Positions 50,504 through 60,327 of a stretch of DNA of 64,000 nucleotides are shown here, piece by piece; position 1 is the first letter of the stretch, and every line of letters begins with the position of its first letter. Under the pieces are notes generated by a model. That model had not been told where the DNA came from and searched no databases. It saw only the letters and a program-made list of their open reading frames with translations. Origin of the DNA: an uncultured Nitrososphaerota archaeon (GTDB taxonomy: Archaea; Thermoproteota; Nitrososphaeria; Conexivisphaerales; DTJL01); contig CAWJIE010000004.1 in NCBI GenBank assembly GCA_963842885.1, positions 192,001-256,000 on the forward strand, in the 5' to 3' direction. The position numbers were made by a program, and so were the translations under genes.

Positions 50504-52561
50504 TCAGGCAAGGGGAGCAGTAGCCCCACCGCATAGGCCGCAGCGCTCAGTTCCAGCGACTTCCTTGTTTCCGCATTTCTTGCATAGAGCTATCAGCGGT
50601 CTGATAGTGAAGTGGGGGAGGCGCACATTTGCCTTTTCGATGAGCTTGGCAGCGTCGTTCAGGTCGGTGATTGGAAGGGACAGCCGCGCAAGCACTCCTC
50701 CGCCGATACTGCCGTCCAAGTCGTCCAGCCGCGCACCTGTGGACTCCGAATCCAGCTCCTTCGAGTCGATGGAGAAGGCCTGGCCGTACTGCGAAATGCT
50801 GAGGTTCTTCATCTTGGCCCTCCCGAACCTTTCGACATCGAGCTGGGGGAACCGGATGGCGCTGTCGTCGATGGTCAGCACCAATGCGAACTTCTCATCG
50901 CCCTCCTTGCCAGCCGTTTCGAGGTACTGGTTTGCCGAGATAATCGTCTTCTCCTGCAGCTCCGCCAGCTCCTTGGTGGACGAATCTGGGCTTACCAGCT
51001 TGAGCGAATCCTCGAGCCCTGTCAGGTTCACCCTCAACAGGGGAGACTCGGAGTAGAGGAGGTTGCTCAGGACGTCGAGGGCAGGGAGGAGGCCGTTCTT
51101 CATGTTGTTCTGTATGAGGCGGCGCCTCACCCGTAGCGCGTTGACGGCGTTTTCGAGTTGCATCGTGACCCGGGCGCGGAAGTATACCTCGTCGTTGTGA
51201 GCGTCAAGAGCTATGCGCGGAAGGTTGATCGATATAGAGTCCAGGACCACGGGGCCGCCCTTCTTGAAGTCGTCGACGCTCAGGCCCTGGAAGGTCCTCC
51301 GGCGGCCACTCCCCTTGGACAGGGATATCATCCCGTTGTTCCTCGCTATCTCGGCCAGAGGCCTGTAGGCTGACTTCTCCAGTTTCTCGGAGTTGATGAT
51401 GGCCAGACCTATCGAAGGTGATGGGGTCGCCTTGACGTAGTCCAAGTATCCTCTGAAGAGTGAGTTGAAGATGCCGCCGGTCGTCTTCGCTGCGTCCACT
51501 TCGAGCTCGACCTTTGGACGCTCCGAGCCCTCCGGATAGGCATAGGCCATGAGATAGAAGAAGGAAGAGTAACCCTTGGCGTCGAGGTCAAGCTTCTGAG
51601 CGAGATCTGTGAAGCCCGCAAGGAAGATCTCTCTCCCCGCCTCGCGCGTCAGCAGATAGCTGAGCGACAATAGCTTGGTCAGGTTCTCTTCGTCCGTGTT
51701 GTCGTAGCCTTCTCTGGGCGTGTGAGGGAACTTCGCGCCCAGGCGTGACAGGGAAAGCGACTGGTCGCTGATGTTGATGAACAGAGCATCAGGACGTAGC
51801 CCCCAGTAGTTGACGTTGGCGATGTGGATGTCGCCTGAAAGATGGGAGTCTACGACGTCTCGGGGCAGCTGTATCAGCATGAGGTACTCTGAGAGCACGG
51901 AGCCCGCCGTCTGGTTGAAGACGCCCTCAAGTCCGTAGGGCCCTTCGCCTAGCTTCTCGAGGTTCTCCGTTACGTCGTAGACGGGCATCCCTAGCCGGCT
52001 CAGGCGGTGCCGGTACTCCTCCAGACCCTCCTCGATCAGGATCGAGTTCACCAGCTCCCTGATCAGGGGGGCCGTGAGGTAGGCAGTCTGAAACTTGTAG
52101 ATCCTGGATTCGGCTTCGCTGGAGATCCTCTGGGCCAGCTCCACGGGCATCCCGGCCTCGGTGACAAGAGAATGGATTATCTTGTCGGTGGTGAACTCCT
52201 CCATCCTGTGGCGGGAGCTTCGGACGAAGAGCCTTCCGCTCTCCAGGAGGGCCTGCTCCTCTATCTGCTTCGCCGCGTTCAGGACCAGCCGACCCAGCGT
52301 GGTGAGCATGTACTTCCGCTCGGCCCGGTTCTGAGCTATCAGGTTCTGCCTGAGCAGCTTCCGAAGATGGTAGGCGAACTTGCCCGACTCCTTCTTCGAC
52401 TTGAATCCGGCCAGCGTCTTCAGCTCTGAATAAGTCATCGGCCCTTTGGCGTTGAGTATCTTCAGTATCTCAAGGCGGCTGGGGGAAGCGATGACGGAGA
52501 AGATAGTCTTCACGCGGCGAATGGAGACCTGAGTGCTCATAGAACCACTTATTGACATCAC
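50504..52561 (-). CDS. ArsR-type wHTH + ATP cone + degenerate class III RNR (NrdD-like) domain protein; putative regulator/pseudoenzyme
   Basis: SPSRLEILKIL...GKFAYHLRKL wHTH; VRSSRHRMEEFTTDKI...LTAPLIRELVN ATP cone; RLGMPVYDV, HLSGDIHI, SINLPRIA, RFPQLD..RFG NrdD-like motifs; the only Cys are in the terminal CKKC/CGLC ribbon. Confidence 0.85.
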   Translation of the reverse strand: MMSISGSMSTQVSIRRVKTIFSVIASPSRLEILKILNAKGPMTYSELKTLAGFKSKKESGKFAYHLRKLLRQNLIAQNRAERKYMLTTLGRLVLNAAKQIEEQALLESGRLFVRSSRHRMEEFTTDKIIHSLVTEAGMPVELAQRISSEAESRIYKFQTAYLTAPLIRELVNSILIEEGLEEYRHRLSRLGMPVYDVTENLEKLGEGPYGLEGVFNQTAGSVLSEYLMLIQLPRDVVDSHLSGDIHIANVNYWGLRPDALFINISDQSLSLSRLGAKFPHTPREGYDNTDEENLTKLLSLSYLLTREAGREIFLAGFTDLAQKLDLDAKGYSSFFYLMAYAYPEGSERPKVELEVDAAKTTGGIFNSLFRGYLDYVKATPSPSIGLAIINSEKLEKSAYRPLAEIARNNGMISLSKGSGRRRTFQGLSVDDFKKGGPVVLDSISINLPRIALDAHNDEVYFRARVTMQLENAVNALRVRRRLIQNNMKNGLLPALDVLSNLLYSESPLLRVNLTGLEDSLKLVSPDSSTKELAELQEKTIISANQYLETAGKEGDEKFALVLTIDDSAIRFPQLDVERFGRAKMKNLSISQYGQAFSIDSKELDSESTGARLDDLDGSIGGGVLARLSLPITDLNDAAKLIEKANVRLPHFTIRPLIALCKKCGNKEVAGTERCGLCGGATAPLA

Positions 52562-52614
52562 TTGCTATATCTAGGTCTAAAAAGGTTTACCACTCGGTTG
52601 GCTGCTGTGAAGGC

Positions 52615-52692
52615 TGGTGGGGCCGGGCGGATTTGAACCGCCGATCACCAGCGCCCGAGGCTGGTAGCGTAACCAAGCTAGCCCACGGCCCC
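52615..52692 (-). tRNA. tRNA-Pro(CGG), intronless, CCA encoded
   Basis: Reverse complement GGGGCCG TG GGCTAGCTTGGTTACGCT A CCAGC CTCGGGC GCTGG TGATC GGCGG TTCAAAT CCGCC CGGCCCC ACCA. Confidence 0.95.
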
Positions 52693-52818
52693 AAGAGACG
52701 AAGCTGGCGGCTGCCCGTCTGTGGCAGTTTCAACCGGCACTTTTAAGCTTGTATCATGTGGCCGGCTCTGGTCTTTTGATAAGTTTAAAGAAGCAAAGGC
52801 GCCGACTAGGAAATTCGG

Positions 52819-53895
52819 ATGAAGATCGTCGTCACCGGCATCAGCGGGGCGGGCCGCGGCTCCTACCTGTCAGAGGTCGAGGGCCTAGCCAGGGCGGACG
52901 GGAGGAGCATCAGGATCTTCGAGACCGGCGACATGATGTTCGAGACCGCCAAGAAGCTGGGCATCGAGATACCGGAGGATAAGATCCTTGACCTGTCACC
53001 TTCTACGTTGAACTTCCTTAGAACGACCGTATTCGAGCAGATCATTAGGGAGTCCAAGGAGGTGGAGGACATCGTCATCAGTACCCACGCGTGTTTTCGC
53101 TGGAAGAAGCACATCATCCAGGCCTTCGACTTCCACTACCTCGACCAGATTCGTCCTGACGTCTATGTTTCCATCATCGACTCCATCACTTCGATAAGGG
53201 CCCGGCAGGAAATGACGTCGCAGTGGAGGGGGCAGCTCTCCATGAAGGACATTCTGGTATGGAGAGACGAAGAGGTGTTCGTGACGAAGTCGATAGCGGA
53301 CTTTCAGAGGAGGACGTTCTACATCATACCCCGCGACGAACCCCCCGAGACGCTATTTCGCCTCCTCTATCGTCCGGGTACAAGGAAGGCGTACCTGAGC
53401 TACCCGATGACGCACACCGGAACGGATGAAGAAGATGTGAAGAGGAAGGACGCTTTCAGGGACAGGTTGCGCGACGCAGGGATGGTCGTGTTCGATCCCA
53501 TCTCCATAGGGGATGGCGAGCTCTTGGCTTTCTTGGCCGACGCTAGAAGCAAAGGGGAGAGGACGATAGCCTATTCGAAGGGGAGGACGACCGTGAAGTT
53601 CGACATAAAGGAGGCGGAGGAGGTGAGCGACGACGTCAACGACCAGATCGTCGCCAGGGATTATCAGCTCATCGACCAGAGCGACATGATAGTGGTCTAC
53701 TACTTTCTCCCCGTCATGTCGCCGGGAGTGCTTTCCGAGATGACCTATGGTTTCACGAACAAGAAGAACGTCTACGCCGTGTTCAAGGGTCAGGAGTCGC
53801 CATTCTTCAGATACTACTCCACCAAGATATTCCAAGACGAAGATGCCCTCCTTGGGTACCTGAAGGAGAAGGCTGGAGGGGAGCCAACCAGCTGA
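52819..53895 (+). CDS. Archaeal adenylate-kinase-like domain fused to a nucleoside 2-deoxyribosyltransferase-like domain
   Basis: VTGISGAGRGS P-loop, ISTHA (cf. AdkA VDTH), WRDEE; C-domain KAYLSYPM, DYQLIDQSDMIVVY, SPGVLSEMTYG. Confidence 0.7.
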   Translation: MKIVVTGISGAGRGSYLSEVEGLARADGRSIRIFETGDMMFETAKKLGIEIPEDKILDLSPSTLNFLRTTVFEQIIRESKEVEDIVISTHACFRWKKHIIQAFDFHYLDQIRPDVYVSIIDSITSIRARQEMTSQWRGQLSMKDILVWRDEEVFVTKSIADFQRRTFYIIPRDEPPETLFRLLYRPGTRKAYLSYPMTHTGTDEEDVKRKDAFRDRLRDAGMVVFDPISIGDGELLAFLADARSKGERTIAYSKGRTTVKFDIKEAEEVSDDVNDQIVARDYQLIDQSDMIVVYYFLPVMSPGVLSEMTYGFTNKKNVYAVFKGQESPFFRYYSTKIFQDEDALLGYLKEKAGGEPTS

Positions 53896-54323
53896 AGACG
53901 ACGATCTACGTGGGCGGGCTGCTTATAGACGGGGGGAGCATCTTGCTGAAGACGGGAGGAGGGGCTTCCCAACAGTGGCTTCGCCCCCCAGGCAAGTACC
54001 TCGAGGGTGATGAGACCCTTGAGATGGCGGTGTCCAAGGGTTTCAAGGAGGAGACCGGATGGACGTGCGCCGTGAGGGACCTGGCTTACGTCATAGAGTC
54101 GTTCAAGGGCGACGGTGAACGGGAACTGGGCGTCTACTTCCTGGTCGGCGTTCCTTCGCTCAGGGACCGGAACGTCGTGGAGTCAGGGCTCCGATTTGTC
54201 TCAGTGGAGGATATGATAACGATGGATGTGCGCCCTGCCGTCCTGGCTGGGAAGATATTCGCAGACGAAAAGAGGGGCTCGTGTGGATCCGCCACCTACC
54301 TAGTCAACCACTGGAATGATTGA
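53892..54323 (+). CDS. Nudix hydrolase with degenerate Nudix box
   Basis: WLRPPGKYLEGDETLEMAVSKGFKEETGW; frame stays open back to the preceding stop, start uncertain (53892-53910). Confidence 0.75.
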   Translation: MKTTIYVGGLLIDGGSILLKTGGGASQQWLRPPGKYLEGDETLEMAVSKGFKEETGWTCAVRDLAYVIESFKGDGERELGVYFLVGVPSLRDRNVVESGLRFVSVEDMITMDVRPAVLAGKIFADEKRGSCGSATYLVNHWND

Positions 54324-54426
54324 CGAAGCCGTCGTATGGCCGGCGGCCCAACTCAAACGTGGTCTATGAGGCCTCGGAAACCAAGTTCAAGGAGACGCTG
54401 TTCAGGATGCTCCGCGGCGAGCTCAG

Positions 54427-55239
54427 TTAGCGAGCGTGAGGCTTGCCTCGGGGAGGGGGTTCGGCCTCGAAGACAGGGTCGCTCTGCGATCTGAGCAGCC
54501 CGGACAATCCGATCAGCCCAAGCAGAACATATGGCGCCTCGAGGAGGTAGACGCCCGCCAGCGTGGTGCCAGACACATATACGTTGAGGAGTGGGACCGC
54601 GAAGTCTGCCACTGAAGCGTAGACCGTCGCGATCAGGAAGAGCCCCTTCACATTCCTCAAGGCCATGAACACCATCACTATGGCAAGGCACTCTATGCAG
54701 AGGTTCGACAGCCTGTCGATGATGGGCGCCCCGATGAAGGCGGCGCCTAGGGCATATTGGGCAGAGAGAGCCTGTTGCACTGATGGACTTAGAGTCCCCA
54801 TTACTGATGGATTCATCAGAATCTCCAGGATTCCGAGGAAACTGTTGAGCCCCAGGACCAAGGATTCGATGCCGGCGAACCCCAAGCCGAAGCCGACGGC
54901 ATCGTCGAAGGAAGCGCTGAACAATCTGAATCGCCTGGCCCATATCCAAGTGAACCCGGTCTCAGAGATGCCAGTCCTTATGCCGACGTACAGCCCGAGG
55001 ACCAACGCCGAAGCCAAAGCGCCGGCGCCCTGGACGGCTGCTGACAAGGAAGGTGTGACGACCCCATCCATGACCAACTTCAAGATGGCGGCCGATAGCC
55101 AGGCTATGGCGCCCAGGCCGAAGACCTTCCAGGAAACTCCATGCTTCCTCTGCCAGTAGATGACGGGGGCCAGCCCGATCATCACCATGCCGAGCCCGCT
55201 CAGGAGGAGGACCGGGCTGGGCTGCACCAAGGTCGCCAA
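54427..55239 (-). CDS. YhfC-like intramembrane protein (PrsW/CPBP-related superfamily)
   Basis: GLYVGIRTGISETG, AVGFGLGFAGIES, many TM helices. Confidence 0.7.
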   Translation of the reverse strand: MATLVQPSPVLLLSGLGMVMIGLAPVIYWQRKHGVSWKVFGLGAIAWLSAAILKLVMDGVVTPSLSAAVQGAGALASALVLGLYVGIRTGISETGFTWIWARRFRLFSASFDDAVGFGLGFAGIESLVLGLNSFLGILEILMNPSVMGTLSPSVQQALSAQYALGAAFIGAPIIDRLSNLCIECLAIVMVFMALRNVKGLFLIATVYASVADFAVPLLNVYVSGTTLAGVYLLEAPYVLLGLIGLSGLLRSQSDPVFEAEPPPRGKPHAR

Positions 55240-55265
55240 AGCGAGAGACCTAGGCCTATCCTGCC

Positions 55266-56139
55266 TTAAGCCTTGTTGGACAGGCTCTTCGCATAGGCCA
55301 CCAGGCTCCTGCAGACATCGGCCATGAACGCGTAGTTCAACCCGTCTGGAGCGTCTGAAGGGGCGTGATAGCCGGAGTACCTTGAGGCTCCGGTGTCAGT
55401 CAGCAACAGTGCCTGGTATCCGTTGGCCCAGAACGTAGCTTGATCCCCCCTGAGTCCTTCGGGGGAGGTTTCGCCCTTGCCGGGCAAGATGACAGGGAAA
55501 ATGGAGAGGCTGGCGACGGACGCCTTGTTGGAAGCGGAGAAGGTATCGGCCAGGCCCTTTGTCGCTTTCACAACCTACAACCGCAAGGAAGTCTCCTTCG
55601 GCTGGCAGCGCGACTGTTAGTCCCTCCGGGGTAGACTGTTTCATCTGGCCAGCCACGCCGACCGAATCAAGACAGATTGCCGCGCTGACGGGGATGCCCC
55701 TGGACTTCATGTTCGCCACCAGCCTTTCGCTGCCTCTCAGGCTGGACCCCTGCCACAGCTCTTTCATCGAGACCGCTGCGAAGAAGACGCGTACGGGAAT
55801 CCCCGAGCTACCTATGAGCCTGCTGGCCTCCAGCATGACGGCCACCCCGCTGGCGTTGTCCCCAGCGCCGGGAGATTTGTCCACGGTATCGTAATGAGCG
55901 ACGACGACCAGCGTCGGCGGGATGTGGAAACCTGCCGCCTTCTCACCCACTACGTTATGGAAGACGAGTTTCCCCGACCTCCAGCTCTGGTCCAACATGT
56001 AGCAGCCGCTCTCCATCATCTGATTCCAGATGTAGCCTCTAGCCTTTTCCAGTCCCTTCGGATTCGAATCCAGATGGCGCACGAAGTACAGGCTGGCGAC
56101 ATGAGACTTCAAGCGATCGAGAGAGACGTCCTCTGACAA
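55266..56139 (-). CDS. M28 family peptidase (frameshift ~55572)
   Basis: VVAHYDT, SPGAGDNASGVA, CLDSVG, GDQATFW..GY, YHAPSD. Confidence 0.8.
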
Positions 56140-56204
56140 AATCGTTCAACAAATGCCTATGGAAATGAAAAATAAAAACCTTGGGCTGAAATGCGGTGCC
56201 TTCA

Positions 56205-58214
56205 CTATCGAGGCAGGAGCTCATCCTGATGGACAGGGGTCCTCTGAAGTCTCCTTCCGAGGACCTTCTCGAGGGCCCTGATAACGGCTGGGGGGAGGCC
56301 TGTCGTGGCCATTTCTCCTACGCCCTTGACGCGGAGCGCCTCCGAGGGTGGATGCTCCGCGAACCTAACAACGACGCGAGGGATTGATGATGCCAACGGG
56401 AGGCCAGCATCGGCCAAAGTTCCGGTTATCAGCTGTCCCTCCTCGCTGTACCAAGACTCCTCAGAGAGCGCCTGCCCGATTCCCTGGGCAGAACCGCCGA
56501 CGACCTGCGCTTCTGCGTTTTCCTTGTCAAGCACCTTCCCTATGTCATAGAAGGCGAGACACTCCTCAACCTTCGCCTCCCCTGTTTCGCTCAGGGAAAC
56601 CCTGACCAGGTTGGCTCCCAGGGAGCTGACGGGCTCGTTCATGTAATGAAAGACCTTGACATCGAAATCATGCTTCAGAAGCTCGTCGGGGGAGTTGGCT
56701 CCCACCTTCTTCGCCTGTTGCCGGATCTTCCCCGCAGCCTCGACCAGCGCCGCACTGGCCACTATGGCCGTCCTGCTCCCCCATGTGCCGACTCCTTCGT
56801 CCAGCTCATCCGTGTCACACGGCTCCAGCTTCACCGCTGACTCGGGGATTCCAAGCTCTTCCTTCAGCACCTCTCTGACCATAACCTCGTGTCGCTGCCC
56901 GCTCTGGCCGCCTCCGATCCAGACCCTGACCGAACCTCCCTTGATGGCTACCCTCGCTGACTCGCCAGGCTGCACGGCTGACAACAATATGAAACAGGAG
57001 AATCCAATATCCTTCTCCTTAGCCCGGCTCCAATACCCCAGCTGCTCAGCCGCCGTAGTGAGGAATGGTTTGAGGGGGTCAACCTTCAGACCCAGCGGCG
57101 AGACGAACTGCTTCGAGCTGGCGTTCCTAAGCCTAATCTCAACTGGGTCCTGCCTCAATTCGTCCGCCAGCAAGTCCATCATCCTCTCTATGAAGAAAGC
57201 TGCTTCGGGCCTTCCTGCGCCCCGATATGGCCCCAAGGGGACCTTGTTGGTGTAGACCGAGGCGGCATTGATGTACGCCTTCCCTATCGAGTAGGGGCCG
57301 GTCAGCAGGTACCCGATGAACATCGGAGCCGATGAACCCATTCCGCTAGCAAATGCCCCGTTATCGACGAGCACATCCGCCTTGAGCCCGCTGACGTGGC
57401 CTTCCCTGTCGGCGAACATCTTCATCCGAGCCCGCGCCCCCCGACCTTGGTTGGTGGCGAGAAGATGCTCCGACCTGGTCTCCACCCACTTCACTGGCTT
57501 TCGCGTCTTAATCGCCGCATAGCAGGCGACGGCGTATTCCGGGTAGAGGGAACTCTTGGCCCCGAAAGCACCTCCGGTATCCATCTGGATGACCCTCACG
57601 GCTTCCGCGGGAAGCTGCATGACGTCACAGATGGCCTCCTTCCATGTGTGAACGGATTGGGTCGAAGCCCATACGGTGAGCCTGGAGCCGTCGTAGCGGG
57701 CGACCATGCCGCGGGGCTCCATGGGATTGGGGGATATCCTGGCATTGACCAGGACGTCCTCCAAGACGATGGGAGAGTCATCGATGAAATCCTCTCCTAG
57801 CTGCACTTCGTTGACGATGTTGGACTTGATGCTGGGATGGATGGGCTCGAATGTCCTGGCCTCTTCGGGGTTGATAAGGGGCTTGAGCGGCTCGTAGTCG
57901 ACTTCGACCTCATCCAGGAGGTCCTCGGCCTCATAAGGGTCCTTCCCCAGGACGGCCGCGACGGACTGGCCGGAGTAGCTTACGTACTCGGTCGGCAGGG
58001 CGGGATATGCGACTGACACGGGACCTCCCCAGGCGCCCTCACCGACAGAGACGATGTTCGCCTTGAACTCCGAGCCGGTTATACCGCCTTTGACCTTCAG
58101 GATGCGTGCCCTGGCGTAGGGGCTCCGCACCATCTTGAGGTGAAGCATCCCTTCCAGCTTCAGATCGTCGACGAACCTCCCATTCCCCGAAAGGAACTTG
58201 TCCGATTCTCTCAA
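56205..58214 (-). CDS. Xanthine dehydrogenase family molybdopterin-binding (large) subunit, CoxL/CutL-like
   Basis: RFVDDL, VRSPYARA, PMEPRG, GGAFGAK, PYRGAGRPEA, GTWGSR, KGVGE. Confidence 0.9.
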   Translation of the reverse strand: MRESDKFLSGNGRFVDDLKLEGMLHLKMVRSPYARARILKVKGGITGSEFKANIVSVGEGAWGGPVSVAYPALPTEYVSYSGQSVAAVLGKDPYEAEDLLDEVEVDYEPLKPLINPEEARTFEPIHPSIKSNIVNEVQLGEDFIDDSPIVLEDVLVNARISPNPMEPRGMVARYDGSRLTVWASTQSVHTWKEAICDVMQLPAEAVRVIQMDTGGAFGAKSSLYPEYAVACYAAIKTRKPVKWVETRSEHLLATNQGRGARARMKMFADREGHVSGLKADVLVDNGAFASGMGSSAPMFIGYLLTGPYSIGKAYINAASVYTNKVPLGPYRGAGRPEAAFFIERMMDLLADELRQDPVEIRLRNASSKQFVSPLGLKVDPLKPFLTTAAEQLGYWSRAKEKDIGFSCFILLSAVQPGESARVAIKGGSVRVWIGGGQSGQRHEVMVREVLKEELGIPESAVKLEPCDTDELDEGVGTWGSRTAIVASAALVEAAGKIRQQAKKVGANSPDELLKHDFDVKVFHYMNEPVSSLGANLVRVSLSETGEAKVEECLAFYDIGKVLDKENAEAQVVGGSAQGIGQALSEESWYSEEGQLITGTLADAGLPLASSIPRVVVRFAEHPPSEALRVKGVGEMATTGLPPAVIRALEKVLGRRLQRTPVHQDELLPR

Positions 58215-58476
58215 GCTAGGCCTTCACCCCCGAGTGGGCGACGGGGTGAGAGAGGTCCAGCGTTCCCCTGCGCCGACGATCGACTTCTTTCGGCATCTTC
58301 TCACGGATGGAACGTCCCAATGACGTGTAGCGCTCTGCCAACGTCTTCTCGTGTTGGCCTTGGAGGGTAGTTAAGGATTAGCGCGTTCTCGATGTCGCGC
58401 ATCTCAGCCGCCAGGATGCTGGGCGACGTCAGGAAACCCGTATTAGACCATCGGCCGGAGGGAAGCAGGATAGGAT

Positions 58477-58930
58477 TTGGAGTTCGGAGGGATCCGAGCT
58501 CATACATGCGAAGAGGGAGGAGGTGTTCGATTTCATGGTTGACGCTCGGCATTTCTCCTCTGGGATCCCCGACATTCAGTCCGTCAGGGTCCTCAGCCCC
58601 GACAGGTTCAGTGTGACGGCTAAGCTCGGCATATCCGTCATCAGGTCGACGTTCGACATCGATTTCGAAGCTTCCGAGAAGACGGCGCCGTCACACGTCA
58701 AGCTGCTCGGACATGGCATCAGCGGAGGCAGCGCTTTGGACCTCGAATTGACGATCGACCTGGAAGATCGAAGCCCGTACACGGCTCTGAAGTGGATTGC
58801 CGTGGTCAGAGTTTCAGGGACCTTGGCCGCTCTGGGACAGAGGGTGCTCAGCGCTGTCGCCGACAGATTTGTGAGGGAGGTCTTCGGCAAGATACGTGCC
58901 GAGCTTGAAACCCCTGGCACGCAGGTCTGA
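58477..58930 (+). CDS. coxG: CoxG / SRPBCC domain protein (frameshift ~58490)
   Basis: MEFGG then SELIHAKREEVFDFMVD; SGIPD; SGTLAALGQRVL. Confidence 0.8.
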
Positions 58931-58960
58931 GATAGGGCCTTCAGGAGTCCGATCGGCATC

Positions 58961-59458
58961 CTAATCGTCGGCAGGCTTCCGGGATCTGGAGCCTCCACCG
59001 CTCTCCCGTACTGCAGAGGCCTGAATGATTGCTTGGACTATATTCGCGTATCCTGTGCACCGGCAGATGTTGCCCGAGATGGCCTTCCGGACCGAGTCCT
59101 CGTCCAGCTTGGAGTTCCTTGACAGCAAGTTGTATGAAGTCATCAGTAGTCCGGGGGTGCAGTAGCCGCACTGCACGGCAAGGCACTCGGAGAACGCCTT
59201 CTGCAGCGGATGAAAGCCCTCGTCGGTTGCAAGGCCCTCCGCGGTCAGGATGGAGGAGCCGTCGGCCTGGACGCCCAGCAGCAGACAGGACTTCACGGCG
59301 TTTCCGTCCAATATCACAGTGCAGGCGCCGCACCTCCCCTCATCGCACCCTTGATGCACGCTGAGGAACCCAAGGTCTCGGAGCACGTCCACAAGCAGGG
59401 TTCGGGGCGATGGGTCGACGTCTTGGAGCTTGCCGTTGACGGTGAGCTTGATATGCAT
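58961..59458 (-). CDS. Mo-hydroxylase small (2Fe-2S) subunit, CoxS-like
   Basis: GCDEGRCGACTV, KSC, QCGYCTPG, GNICRCTGY. Confidence 0.92.
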   Translation of the reverse strand: MHIKLTVNGKLQDVDPSPRTLLVDVLRDLGFLSVHQGCDEGRCGACTVILDGNAVKSCLLLGVQADGSSILTAEGLATDEGFHPLQKAFSECLAVQCGYCTPGLLMTSYNLLSRNSKLDEDSVRKAISGNICRCTGYANIVQAIIQASAVRESGGGSRSRKPADD

Positions 59459-60327
59459 TCAGACGCCTCCAAATGCAGAAAGGAGGGCGCGCCTGGCGGC
59501 CAGGGATGCCATCTCGCGCCGGTAGGCCGCCCGGACCCTTGAATCAACCAGGGGTTCCCGAAGGTTGGAGCCAACGGCCTTGGCGGCTTCGAGGAGCGTC
59601 TCCTTTGACAACGTCTTGCCTACCAAGATGCCCTCGGCTTCGGTCAGCCGGACCGGGATGGCCGTGGCGGCACCGACGACTATGGTGGCCGATTCGCAGA
59701 CGGAGGCGTGAGCTTCCAGCAACACCGCCGCGATGGCCGTCGCGAAGCTTCCTCCCTGGCCGTGAATGACTTCGTAGCCCCAGGGAATCCCAAAGGGCTT
59801 CGGAATCCTGATCTCGGTGAGTATCTCGTCGGGGCCAAAGCATTTGTGAACATCTCCTTGAAGAAATCGGCCGCCCTAATCACCCTCTTTCCCCCAGCAC
59901 CGGTGGCGACCAGCTCGGCGCCCAAGGCAACAACGGCAGGCAAGTAGTGGGCGGCGGGATCGGCGTGGCAGAGGCTGCCACCAATGGTGCCCCTGTTTCT
60001 GACCTGATAGTCGCCGATGTCCTCCGCAGCCTTCGCCAGCATGGGACATCGAGCCCTTACGACTTCAGATGTGGAGAGCTCGTGATGCGTGGTCAGGGCT
60101 CCTATGGAGATCCCATCTTGGTTTTCCCTTACGTACGACAGCTTCCCCCTGAGGTGCTTGCCGATATCGACCAACATGGCGGGGCTGACCAGCCTGAACC
60201 TCATCAAGGGCAACAGGCTCTGGCCGCCTGCGATCACCTTCGCCCGGTCCGGATTCTCGACGATCAGGTGAAGCGCGTCTTCGATGGTGGCTGGCGCATA
60301 ATACTCAAAGGCCTTTGGATAGGGCAT
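59459..60327 (-). CDS. Mo-hydroxylase medium FAD-binding subunit, CoxM-like (frameshifted ~59760-59835)
   Basis: FEYYAPAT, AGGQSL, QVRNRGTIGGSLCHADPAA; C-terminal RLTEAE, AAYRREM in another frame. Confidence 0.88.

Noticed and set aside
50504-52561. Functional anaerobic ribonucleotide reductase (nrdD)
   Set aside because: Lacks catalytic cysteines and the glycyl-radical loop; no activase gene nearby
56205-58214. Bona fide form I aerobic CO dehydrogenase
   Set aside because: Active-site loop is PYRGAGR, not AYxCSFR
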